Origin: Pocillopora damicornis
Taxonomy: Eukaryota
Direction: 5' to 3'
NCBI RefSeq assembly: GCF_003704095.1
Contig: NW_020843402.1
Coordinates: 1,116,001 to 1,180,000 of the forward strand
DNA: 64,000 nt
The notes beneath the pieces are model-generated. The model did no database searches. It saw nothing but the letters and a program-made list of their open reading frames with translations, and was not told where the DNA came from. The translations under genes were made by a program, and so were the position numbers. Position 1 is the first letter of the stretch; every line of letters starts with the position of its first letter. Shown here piece by piece: positions 1 to 12,981 of this stretch.

Positions 1-3000
1 TTAGAGGCTGTTGACTGTGTCAGTTTGAAGAGCATAAGGAAATTCCACGCTAAAAATATTTTCGGAGAAGTCAGGACCAACGGATGCGGATCTTAGGAAA
101 GTACCGCCCCCTTTCCAATTCCTTTTTTTTTTCCTTTTTTTTTCTTTCCTTGTTTGATCAAGTATTGTTTGGTTTTTAAAAAGGCGCCTTAAAATCGACG
201 AAAACCTCAAAATCTGTTACAGCGATCAGAATATGAATGTTGACCCCCATGGCGTTCACTGAGTTTTCTCAACTGACTTCTTTTTTCGTTCGTGTTCCTC
301 TCAAAAAAATATATAAATAATATATTCATATGATGACTCAACAAATAGTTGATGGGAAGAGGGTGGTATTCGCTATGATTTCATTCATAAACTTACTCCG
401 TCAGGACCAGGTAGTCCACGCAAACACTTGTATATTATCCCACAATTTTTCAAAAAAAAACAAAACAAAACAAACAAACAAATAACTTTACCCAATGAAA
501 TGAGAATAAAAACGGAACATATAAGTTAGGCAATGCTTTGATAACTTCGGTTGTTTCAAGATTTTACACTGCGTTAAATCCACGGTTTTAAATTAACAAG
601 TACGGGAATATATAAACATTTGTGAGAATGTTATTAAAATATAGGAGGCATTCCGTGCTCGGTATTTTTATATTTGTTCATTTTATACAGGATGTTTACC
701 CAAGACATAATGTTCTGTTGGCGGCAACTGTTAGCCGCAAACAACTTGTCACATCCGGAAAATACAAGTTATGGCTCGCTTGCGGCGCGAATCCTGGAGA
801 GCTTTTTTAATTTTATATTAACATGTTTTATTGGTTCCGGAAATGAAGTTTCAACTACTGACGATCTTTTCACGATAAAGAAGGAACCCTCAACGCGTTT
901 TTTTTATTTGCGAGGCAAGCATTATCTGAATTCATAGCTTGGAAATATTTCATCACGCAGAGCAGGTTAGTATTTGATTATCAGTGGAGTTGTCGCTTCA
1001 CCAAAGGCAAGCGGCGTGTGTATTTACACCTCCTCACGACAGATTGAATTTGAAATTTTGTGACACGTTTTGAATCTTAAAAGATTTCAGCTAAACATCT
1101 TGGGTCTGTTTTATAACAATCCGTGTTTGTCGTCTGTATCCTTATTCACCTTAGGTTGGTTAGTGCCACTCTTAACTGTTTTTCTATTCTGCCTAACTGA
1201 TCATGATTTTGTTTTTCTTGTTTACTTAAACTTCCTATAAGTTGAGAGCAGTACTATAAATCGCTCAACTCTGTAAATCGTAATTTAGAAGCTCAGGTAT
1301 TTGGGTAATTTGCCAACCAAGAGTCTGACCCAATGACTCATTTTTTTTATTATCATTATTTTTTTCCGTGTCGTTGTTAGGTTTAAGAGATCCACTTACA
1401 GAGACTGCAATATTCAAGACGTTTTGTCTTTTGCACTGCTCAGTTAGAAAACAGTTGCTTAGTTTCGGTATGAGCTATGTAGAGACGTAGAAGCCCGAAT
1501 TTCTTGCCGAATCTCTTTGTGAACTACTGAGTGAGGAGCAGGAGGATTTATTTTAGACTTTACGACATAACATGATACGAACGATTTTGAAATACTAAGG
1601 AAGGAAGGACGCCCTCGATCCTGCTTGAAAGATTGAAATAACTGACCTTTTCTCAAAGTTATTATTTTTTTATCAAAACAAATCAAATTTAGTGACTAAT
1701 ATTGAAAGCTCACAGTCACTGAGGTTTTTGAAAACTTTTAATTTTTTATCGCAACAAACTCAGCAAGGATTTTCCTAACTGACCTAGCTTTCTAAATAAA
1801 GCGTATGATAGCAGTCTAATAAGCTACTTGAATTGATTACGAAGGATTCAGAAAACATGTAAAACAATCTATAGTTATCGTTAATTGATTTTTTACCTGT
1901 ATCAAAACAATTTAATTCAAATCGAGCCATTTCAGTTCATCTTACCGCCAGATTCCTTCAATAACGAGGCTATGATCTAAATCTTAATAGACAATTTCCA
2001 TTTTGCTCTAAATGTGCGTTCATCAATCATGTCAAATTTAGGTATTAAGAGATTAAAAATTCGTTTTTTAAGCGCAACCCCGCAAAGCTAATCCCAAAAG
2101 TAAGCAACAATTACTGCTCACAACCTCAATTGGAATGACATCCTTTTGTCAAATTTGATTTTAAAATGTGGTACTTGCACTTAAACAAAGCATCGCCATT
2201 AAAAACTCATAAAAAAAAATCTGTACGCGGCGCCAAACTTCCTAACAACTTGATGTCGTTTTGAACGCCTTCACTCGTGTACCCTTTATTCACTTTGAAT
2301 TTGTAAAACAATAGCTAATGAGCTCTCTAACCCGCTACTAATAAAGTGATGAAAAGCATAGAGGCTTTGATAAGCTTTCGTTCGTTCAAACCGCGGTTGT
2401 CAGATCCTTTGGAATGTGCGCTTGATAGCGACAAGAGCCAACCGACTGGCTTCAACTTATCACATTCGTATCGCTACCAGATTGATGACTATCTCAACCT
2501 TGTAAGTTTTTACCGCTGTATTTTTAAGCTTAAACCTTAACTCGATATCTATGTTCTCTGAGGTCTGGTTTGGATTATTTGCTCGTTTCTAGAGCGTACG
2601 ACCCCAAACAGTCCTTCTCAAAGACAAACATGTGGAGAACACATTTGTCTTACTGGCTTCACATATCAACCGACTCGAATGCTATTTTAATCTCAATAGC
2701 GAGTTAAACTTCGATCTATTTGTCATTATCTCGCAAGTTTCGATCGTTTCCAAACCCATAGGAGATGTTATTTTAATTGTTTTTATTTCTGAAGATTATT
2801 TAGTAATCACTTCCTCTACAAATAAACACAAAACATTCCAGTGCAATTTTCACAGTTTCCATTTCCACAGTACCTCGACGTTTGTCATTCAAAAATATTA
2901 CTTATAAATTTGCGCTTGTTCCTCACGTAAAGACTTCAGGGAACATCGTTTAGCTTACCTCTACAAGCACAAAACACTTTCCAGTTTTATTACTCGATTC

Positions 3001-6000
3001 ATTTGTCAAGATAACTCATAGAAACAGCGTGAGGTGTATCAAAAAACAAAAATCAGCGAAATAATTCTTTCTCTCCATCAGGTGGTGTTTCGCAACTTGT
3101 GACATCATTGCATCTTCGCGCTGTCTTCGTCCCAATTGAGTATCGTGTGTCTATATACGATACCGATATTTTTGACGTTATCAGTAGAGTTCGGAGCCTG
3201 TATCAGCCATCAGAGGTGAAACAGTCGCAATTTCATTTGACATCGAAACAAAGCTGTTTATTCACTGATACTTCGAAGTTGCATGGAGAGGAGGAATGTA
3301 GTATGTCCGTGTGACCGCGAGGTAAGTTCTTTGACAATTCTCGATAAATTCGCGGGAATTAGAACCAGCTACCTAGGTTCAGCCGACGACATGATATCGC
3401 ATGTTAAAAGGAAAGTAACGGGGAGAAATTTCTCAAAATGACAGATTGGAGACGGTTCTTCTCTAATTCATTATTGGATATTTTGCCCAAGTCAAGTTGC
3501 TCACCGCGATGTAGGCCTTCATCCGTTTTTCTTTAGTGCGGATTTACTGTGATTAATGAATTTTTCGAACCATGTTCCTAACTCAGACAAACAAAGAACC
3601 TCAGGACATTCTATTGACTTCCGAGTTCCGGCCTAAGGCTTATTTTTATAATACAGACAACAGCACAGCACGTCAAGAATTTCTCAGAAGAGCACAATCA
3701 AAGTTTAATAAACTGAGCAATACAAAGAAACACGGGTCTAACTTAGCTTATGTAAAGCAGGTTCATGATTTGAACCGATTCAGATTGTGGAAAAAAGCCG
3801 CTTAAAAATCCATCTGTTTAAGTATGGCGTGAACAAGATTATCGGTACATGCGCCATTTTGCTTATTCTTGAAGGAGCATACCGACCGCCTTGGTGCTGC
3901 CGGAAGCGGCTCGTTTCTAGAGATGTTTCTTCAAATTTGTAAGAAAGAGCAAAATTCGATTTCATTAATCTTTTGCTTGAACGATTTTCTTTAGTGTTCA
4001 TTCAGTCTAGTATGTACAATGATGTGAAACTCGAAAAAGCTCAAAATGGAAAAATTTAAAAATGCAGGATATATACTTTTTTCGGACGCATTCTATCTGC
4101 TCTCTCGGCTCGCCGTTGTTGATGCAAATTCGCGTGAGTTCTTGATTTGTCAACACTCTCATTCAAACTGTTGTCAACTGGAATTCTGCGGGATGTTTAA
4201 AACAATACGCAAAGTACATTCACGGTGAGATCTCTAGAAGTAATCTCTGTTTTTGCAATTATGGTTCAAACACTTTTACACAAATATGAACTTGTATAAC
4301 ATTACGCCCCAAATTGGAATTCCTTGTGTGCTATTTTCACCACTAAACCCGTGTGACTTTCAGCTTAAAGATCTATTCCCAGCAGAATAAAACGTTGAAT
4401 GTTTTCATTTTTTAGTAAAGCGGCTATTCTAGTTTTAAAAATAGCTTAGTTTTGCCTTCTGATCTGATTGTGGCTGTGATGAAATTCAAACAACACACGG
4501 AGTGCCGGAAACAGTAAAGTACTGAACTTTAGCCTTGCTAAATCAAACCAAATGATTACTGTGGACGAAAATAAATATTTTCAATCCTTTGCCATCAATT
4601 ATTTTTCCATCATGTCAGTTTCATACTGTTTCAGTTACGAAGACCTCACGGAAAGCCACTTTGACTTAAGAGATTGAAAGAGGAATTTGGAATTGTTTGA
4701 CCTTCCTTTGCAGCGAGCGTGGTTTGAGCGAAGTGATTTTGCAAGAAGAATGCAATAAAATACCGGTAACTTCAGTTCAACTGATTGACAAACTTTTGTT
4801 TTTTCTATACACAATTTTTTTAATTGAGAGTAATCTACAGTTAAGAACGTTTGCTTTACTACTCATTATCAAAACAAGGCTTTAGATTCTTACGAATGTG
4901 TTGTTAAATAAAAAAGGCGTAGGCATTGCATTTACTACTATTGAGAAAGTCTTGATACAAGGTTTCTATTCTAAATTACCCAGTTCAGAAATTACAATTG
5001 TAGTAGTCAACCCGTTTCGGGAATATCAAACTTTGCGACTGGACTCAAGTAATTTCCTGTCTAGGCAGCCCAAATTCAAAATTCTGCTATGCACTTGTGA
5101 TTCATCACAATAGTGAACTGAAAGCTTAGAAAACATAGTAATATCGAAGCAAGGTTGGCCTGCTTGTTGGTTGTTTTTCATGTGGCTCCCATTGCCGTGC
5201 AGATATTTTTCCCCATTATGACCGGTCCCCCTCCCCCGCACTCAAAGCCATGATAGTCTGAAAGTGAACTCACTTCCTATTGGACTTTGTTATCAAAGTG
5301 CGCACGTCTGGAAAGAAGCATGAAGAAACGACTGAAGAGGCGAGTTGTTCGCTCGCTTCCTTGTACAAACATCCGGTGCAGCTCAGTCTACTTTTCAGAA
5401 AAGCCTCATCCCTTGAGCTGCAGATGAATCAATGTTTTCGAAAACCTCACAAATAATGAGTAATGTTGACGTGCAATGTATATATTGTATCAATTTTGGA
5501 AATGAAAAAATGATAACCAATATTTACAGATTCCGTAGAGGAATGTTGATAGACTTATCATTTTTTATCTTTCCGTGTTTTAACATCAAAATGGATTGAA
5601 TAAAAATTGATCAAGTACACGTGATGGAACCCTGTAGACTAGCAAACCATTGATGTAAAATATGTGGAAGTGTTCTTTATCTTTCCTGATAAGCTTTGGT
5701 TAAAAAAAAAGAAAGAAAAGAAAAGTCTAAGTGCCCGAATCATACGCTCGCACGTTTTATTTGTGGGCCCACAAATAGTTTGATATTTGGCCCGTTGGAT
5801 AAAAATAAAATCACTTCACAAGCACAAATTTTTGTAGCAAAAATTTTGAGAAGTTTACCATTCCTTGAATATGCGATATGTTGGGTTTTGAATTGTTCCA
5901 AAACGATTAATGTCCATAGTTGCGTAACAGAGGGAATGTATTAGCGAGAAGCTAGATTTTACATCATTTTCTAACTGATTAACGAACTCCTTGACATTAG

Positions 6001-7324
6001 TAAATCCGTTTGCAGTTTGTTTATGATAAAGAGAGGAATGCGTGTTGAAAAGAAACTTCGCCAGGATATGCAACATAGTGTAAAGGTCACTTCCAAGAGT
6101 CTCTTCAAACTTACTGATACAGAATTTTTCGTTGGCATCAGTCATAACAGTAAAATATCATTTGAATTCTTATACATGCCCAAGTGTGAAACATTGTTTA
6201 AATAACAAAAGTGTATTTAGTTTGAAAGCTGAAGAGTCACTTCACAGCACGCGGTGCTGAATCAAAAATTTCCGTCTCCTTTTGAACAATAAAGTATTGC
6301 AGTTAGTTCAGACATTTTAAAGAATAACTTATTTTTATTTTAAAGAAATATGTGACAAGGTTGCAATATCATGGTCTAATTGGCTCCGGGATATTTAATT
6401 ATTTTTGCGTGTTTAAATGTACTAAAATAGTAGCGCTTTTTCATCTACGAGATATCATGATATTCTTACAAACGTCCAATTTGAACGTTTTAAAAGTCGA
6501 ATATTAAAAATCTAATCTTGGAACTTTTTTTTTAAACGAGTACTAGTCTCAACCGTCACGCCATACCCTTTCCAAACATACTTGTTATTAGTAACACAAT
6601 GCCAGCAAGGATTAGTAAATTTCCTTAGATAGAGATTTAAATATCACCACGATTTCAACTGTTTCGTAATTTTCCCGCCTCGGGCTTAAGGAATAGTTGC
6701 GACGTGTCAGTAATCACGACCACGACGAAGACAAATTACGAAACCAAATTTGTTCAGTGTACCTGGCTACTTCGACCTATTTTTTTTTAAATTCAAGCTT
6801 GGAAGAAAGTCGAAGATGTTAGAACTTTTTAAGGTAAGAATTTGAAACCTAATCGAAGTTATTATCCACAAGACATGTTTGGACAATTTGTCATATCTTC
6901 AGTAGAAAATTTTCATTACGGTAGTATTTGAGTTATCAAGAACGGTGCGATTATGTTGTAAACTGTCCTTAAATGGTAACAAGCAACCAGTTTTAATGAG
7001 GGAACTCTATAACATCATTTTACAGAAGGTCAGAATTTAAGTATAGTTCAATGCTCCCAGCTGCTACCCTTTTGGTCGTCATGGCGAGTAAGAAACATCG
7101 GATGACTAAATTTGCAGCGGAAGTCCTGTAGTCGGCGGACGTAAAGGATGCTGTGGCGCTTTCATTATTCTTGTGTTATGTCCAAAGTTAACATGAGATA
7201 AATATTGTCATTAACCAAGATTAAGGTTCCGTCGTTGTCTCACACAATTTTTTTCCTCCTTCGATTCCCCTGCGAGATCTCCTTCAACCTCGTGAACAAA
7301 ACCTGGCTTTAAGCAGTATGATAC

Positions 7325-7553
7325 CAAGGCCGTAGCCAGACTACAGAGCAAGACGAGGCAAGTTTCGAGCGCCGAAGGCGCGAGCCGCTAAGGGAGTATG
7401 GGGGCATGCCCCCCCAGAATATTTTGAAATCTAGAGGCTCAGAAATACTCTTTTAAGCATTTTCCGTGGCATTTTTTCTTCAGAAGGTCAATCTTGGGCC
7501 AAAATCAAGACGAGGCAATTGCCTCGTCTTGCCTCTTGCCAGCTACGGCCCTG
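7325..7553. mobile_element. Non-autonomous DNA transposon (MITE) with 12-bp TIRs and 5-bp TSD
   Basis: CAAGGCCGTAGC...GCTACGGCCCTG (1 mismatch), flanked by GATAC at 7320-7324 and 7554-7558. Internal palindromes. Confidence 0.75.
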
Positions 7554-10500
7554 GATACGTCATGTAATACGCGCTATTGCCCAGTTCTTTCTTTTTCTTG
7601 GCCTTAGCAGTTATTCGTCTTGCGACAATCTCATAGTTTTTCGTCGTCTAATGGGCACTCAGTGTCAAAACGGTTGAACCTACAGCCTTGTACGAACAAG
7701 AAAATTCGTAGAACTGAAGATTACAATGGAAAGACCAAACATGATCTTTTCCTGAACCGAATGTTTTCTCTTCTTTTCTTTGGCTCGCATGTCGGTTGAG
7801 TCTGCTACGGTTGCTGTTTTTAATTGTTATTATTATTATTAACAAAAAGTTCGGTTGAGCGGTAAAGCGGGGTTAGTTAGTGGCCATCTTGAAATACGAG
7901 CTGAAAGACTACGGAAACGAGGCTGTCGAGGAGTAAGCCGATTTAGGTAAACCCTGGGAACGAGAGGGAAAAAAAGACCTTGAAGTACATTGTCTAAGTA
8001 AGTTTGCCGGTCGGCGATTTCTACGAAGCGTAGCTGTCTTCTTTTACAAGGTATTTTACTATTTTCACTTATCATTTCACAAAAACGCTGTACCACTGAG
8101 GTTTGGAAATTCTAGTCCACCCTGTTTTAGAATTTGACTTTTAAAGCTTCTAATTTCCGGTAGCTTCTTCGTCTCCGTTCGGTGTGCATCTCTTAACAGT
8201 AACCCTCTATTCAGTGGAATCTTCTACCTCGGGTTTTTTTGGACAGAAGTTGATTTTCAAGGATCTCGTTAATCAAGGTTAACCGCAAAAACCTTGCAAA
8301 CAGATGATTAGGAAACTAAAATAGATACATCACAGTCATTACATGTCCGATCAGCAACTAACCACGATAAATTGAAACGAGACCGTGTTCTTTCTTTTTT
8401 CCTGAAAGACTGTAACTGAAGCAAGAGCTTGCGGATCTCATTCCGAGGGCATTTCCCATTGAAATGTATGCGAGATAAGAAGAAAATCTTTTCTATGCCT
8501 CTATTTTTACGTTGCTAAGAAGCGTGCTGGGATATTGTATTCAACAACCATATACAGACAAAGATTTCGGCGCAAAAAATTTATCGTGGATTCCAAATGT
8601 GACCTTTGTTTGTCTTCTGGAAGACGAATTGTTCACATACCTCTTGCTGAGGTCTCCCGATGACAGGACAAACGAGAGTGAAAAGTGGTGCCTTGAAAGA
8701 TCCACATCCTATGCAGCAAACTGTTAGTTGTTCTGACTTATCATTGAGATACTAACAGATTTCGGAAATGAACGAGAAGCAGTGAAGTATCTCAAGGCAA
8801 ATATACTGGCGACAGACCGTTAATATTACATAACAGCTTACTATATTGGATGTATACAACTGTCTATCTTATTTAAACTGTAGACACCATGATTACTTTA
8901 TAAATAAATAGTCAAGAGGATTCGTTTCCGTAAACTTCTTTGTGACAATAAATCCTCGACGCCTCAAACTCGGTCGATGTATGATTTTCGTATGAACAAC
9001 TTTAACCTCAAAAAAAAATAATTTTGACAAAGAAAAGAAAAACCTCTGAACTAAATATCCTGTCTTCCCAGTTATAGCCTCCTGGCTATAATCAATATAC
9101 AAGTATTACATAAAAAAATAAAAAAATAACATTGTTATTGACAATCCTAACCGCCAAAAAAAAAAGATCTGTCCGGTGAAACGGAATATTCGAGCTTCTA
9201 TCAGAATGTCTCCGTGATTAAATTTTCAGGTTAATTTTGCTTATTATCAATAGCTGTTCAGATTACAGAAGTACATATTTTTAATTGTCAGTAAGATTGA
9301 TCAGTTTTGTAATTATGTCCAATCGCGTGGTCGAACTCCGATCTGTAACCAAATTGTCTGAGAATTCGAGGCATGTTATCATGAGCGAAAGCGGCATTCG
9401 CCCAACCGTCGTGAACTCATTCACCGCAGAACCAACATGAAGCAACTGATTAACGAAGCAATATGTCCTCATGTCATGCAAGCTTACTCAGTCGACATTC
9501 TCTGTTACAAGATCTAGGCTACCTTCACATGGCAAACGCGACAGCCGTGTAAACTCCCGGACACCGTTTTATTCGTGAGAATTCACAACTGCGTGATTAC
9601 ATATTCGTTCTATGTGAATCACAGAGAGTTTACTAGACGACTTGTTGATGTATTTTGCGTCATTTTCGGTTTTTTTCGCTATAAATCAGGTTTTGGGACA
9701 TTTTAAGGAAAATACAAGGTCACTGCAGCTTGTTTGTGCTCAACTCAGGTATGTTTAAGTGTTTGACATCAATTTTGCCGCTGACTCTACAGTAAAATCA
9801 TCATCGATCCAGTTTTGTTTTCGTGAACTTTCAAAACCAAAAACTTCCTCAGGCACTCAGCTCACGTGATAAAAAAAGGTATCGTAATATTATATTACAT
9901 GTTACTGGATAATAATCACGCATTATTAAGAAATAATCTGTCTCTTGAAGGTAAGCAAAAAATTTCCTCAGTTTTGTTAGTTATGGTCGTCGAAAGTTTT
10001 CAGTTTCTCACAGAGAAATCTGTCGTTCATTTAGTTTGAAATATTTCAGCTGACTTCGCGGTACTTAGCTTTAAATAACTCTCGAAGTGGGAAAAATAAC
10101 GACGAAGGAAAGTCTTTCTTAGCGCATTCCGAGATCTTTCGCCGCCCATTACGCGTGCGCAGCCAAACTTTTCAAATTTTCACTGAGAGAAGTATGATTT
10201 ACGACGGAAATCTCAACCAAAGTGGGATCGAAGCTAGTGAATTTTTTCTTTAAAAAAAGTATTTAATAACTCATGCGTGTCCCTTGTTGATGCTTTTTTA
10301 AAATATCTTGACACATAGTTGAGGAGGTCACGTTTATTTTGTAGTAATCTGGGATTGCTTCTTAAAGGTATCGTCTTACGATAAAAAGATGGGATTTGGA
10401 CAAAATGCATTTGGTTCTCACGTGGACAGCACGTGGCTCCAATGCGAACGCTTCAATAGTTTAACATCGACTTTGGAGAGGAGGAGGATTTTTACAGTAT

Positions 10501-10815
10501 TCTTCTCCCCTCTGGCTTTCAGACCATTTAAGATGCGGGCTTTAGGATCGGAAATCCAAGGAAACAAAGTAATTCTCAGTTTGCAACGTTTTTCTCTTTC
10601 GTTTTATCGTTCCTAAAAGTAAGCAGAATAGACGCATACATACTTGATAGTTTTAACCATCAACGTTTAAGAGTCGATGTAAGCCGTCAATACAAGCAAA
10701 CACTGTCATTGAACAATCAAAGCTCTTGAGCAAACAAAATAACTGAATTACTGTAACGTGAACGAAACCATCTATATTCGTTCACAGTTTATGTTTGAAC
10801 AGCAATTATTAAGCT

Positions 10816-11108
10816 AGAAATAGACGCTTTGCTTATTTCTATTGCATGGTCAAATCTGTCTTAAAGCCGATGATAAAATTTGGAATTCACAGGTAAACAT
10901 TTGACGCCAATAAGAAATAGACGTTTTATGATTTCTATCTCATACCTAAATCTGCCTTAAAGCCAGTGATCAAATTTGAAATTCACAAGTAAACATTTGA
11001 CGCCAACAAGAAATAGACGTTTTACTAATTTCTATCACATATTCAAAACTGCCTCAAAGCCAGTGATAAAATTTGGAATTCACAATTAAAAAAATTTGAT
11101 GCTAACAG
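10816..11108. repeat. Tandem repeat, about 97-bp unit x3
   Basis: Unit AGAAATAGACG...TTAAAGCC...GATAAAATTTGGAATTCACA...ATTTGACGCCAA starts at 10816, 10913 and 11009. Confidence 0.85.
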
Positions 11109-12499
11109 GAAAGAATTTTCAATCTCTCAACATTCCTTTTAAATGGCAATTGTCCCGCTTATTTTCCAGCCTAAAAAGGGCAACTCCAAAGTCCAACTGT
11201 AGAAAACAGTATTTAACTGATTGCGCAAGGTATCTTTCAAACAACCACTAATACGATTTGTATCTTAATTTTGACGTCAGGTGAACTCTTGCCACTCAAA
11301 CATGATTCGTATAGCAATATAACAATACATAAAGTTATATAGTTACTTGTGGTATGCGCGTATTACCTTTAGTGTTGAATAAAAATGTCCAAGGACTCAT
11401 TCAGCAGAGTTTTTCGAAAAAATCCCCTCGTTGTGGGTCAATTGTTTAAAAGGTATAGGTCGAGCGTAACTTGAGTATGTCAGTTTTGTCTCAAGTTGAA
11501 GAAAAAACAAGATTATGCCGATAATGTGAGCGAAAGTTTCGCATTTATCAAATTTCCAAGTTTATTCTAACTAGATTAGTTTTCGAGACGAGCCTTTAAG
11601 ATGGCCACGGAGATTGAACAGTAGTTTTCCAGGCTCTGATCACGCTAACGTGTGATATTTTATCAAGAATCATTTAATTTCTATTCGTGACTTTCGTGAG
11701 CAGTCCTTCAGTAAAGCAGTTTCCGTCAGTTAATTGGCCCTAAGCGAGCAGATTGATTGAGCATTTTCATGAGTACACGGCACATTATCCGCTGCGAGGT
11801 TAAAACCACTGGAAGGAAGAAAATCAGTAATTAATCTGATTTACCAGCCAGACGTGTATTTCTAGCCAATTAGATTGCTTGTTTTTCCTTCTTTGAAAAT
11901 AATTGTTTTTGTTAACAGTGATAAGTTCTAAACCCTCCGAATACTCGCTTCAGAGCTCGATTTATTAAGTGCTTTAGAACAGAAATATTTGCCTGTCCGC
12001 AGAGCTGGCGCATGCAGAGCACAGATCGCCTCGAGGTCACTGGTAATATCTACTACATGGTCGGTGGTCCGTGTAGACCTAAACATCGTGCGTTGAATAT
12101 CTCGTTCGAAGTAAATGTTTTTATTTCTTCGCTGGCCTCAAGAGGGTAGAGGTCATGGCGCACAATACGTCTTACATTACGCCGGGAATCCAATCTTTCA
12201 ATTTTTGTGACAATAGAGTTGTTTGCGCCTACTGTTTTTCATTCGTGAGACATAAATTGATAGGCACTCAGGTTCTCACCCGCCCCCTGGGACAAAACAC
12301 AACCGATTTATGCACAGATTATGCCTACTATTTAGTTCCGGAAAAGCGCGCTCACGAGCAATTACGTGCAGGGAAATTCGCTGACAAGCAAATTTATTTG
12401 TTGAAGCTCAATAAAAATGTTAACAAGGCTTGAATTCCACATTTTCCTCCTTAGAAATAAGTTTATTTACTTGTGACAAGTAAGGAATTTAGATAATTT

Positions 12500-12620
12500 A
12501 TCTATTGGTCACGTGACTTAGCATGCGCCCTCCCACTTGTGTTGTTCGGTTGTTACGCGTCAGTAATGATTGACAGCTTCTTACTCGTCGCTGACTTTGC
12601 TTACTCTCATAAATTTTGTC
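12500..12620 (+). promoter_or_regulatory. Candidate Fat4-like proximal promoter
   Basis: ATTGG (reverse CCAAT) at 12504 abuts palindromic E-box GTCACGTGAC (12508-12517). PBX/MEIS-PREP decamer TGATTGACAG at 12567-12576. About 400 bp upstream of the ATG. Confidence 0.4.
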
Positions 12621-12981
12621 TAATGTTGAAGTGGAAATAAGTCGTGCCACTAATATATTTGGTTAAATCGCAAGTTTTATCATTCTTTGAGTCGGAAGGA
12701 AGTGCCAAAGATATCGTTGTTTGAATCTATGCCGTGAAATCGCTGGAAATAGCCGATACTTTGTTAAAGCGTTCAGACTAGAATGCCGAACAACTGTGGC
12801 AAAGCTTTTGTATTTCGTGAAATGTAACGCAGTGCAAGTCCGCTAACGGTTTCTGTATAATCATTCTACTGTAGTGACTCCAGACTTTGAGGCGATGGGA
12901 GCTCTCACCTTTGGCTCTCTTCTTCGAGTTTCATTATCATGACAAGTAAAAGGCTCACGGAATTGTCTTATACAGCAAATT

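Noticed and set aside
10816-11108. CRISPR-like array
   Set aside because: Whole units repeat without unique spacers; eukaryotic context; no cas genes.
1-12900. Short ORFs as protein-coding genes
   Set aside because: All are under 100 aa with no domain similarity or exon chain that I could build.
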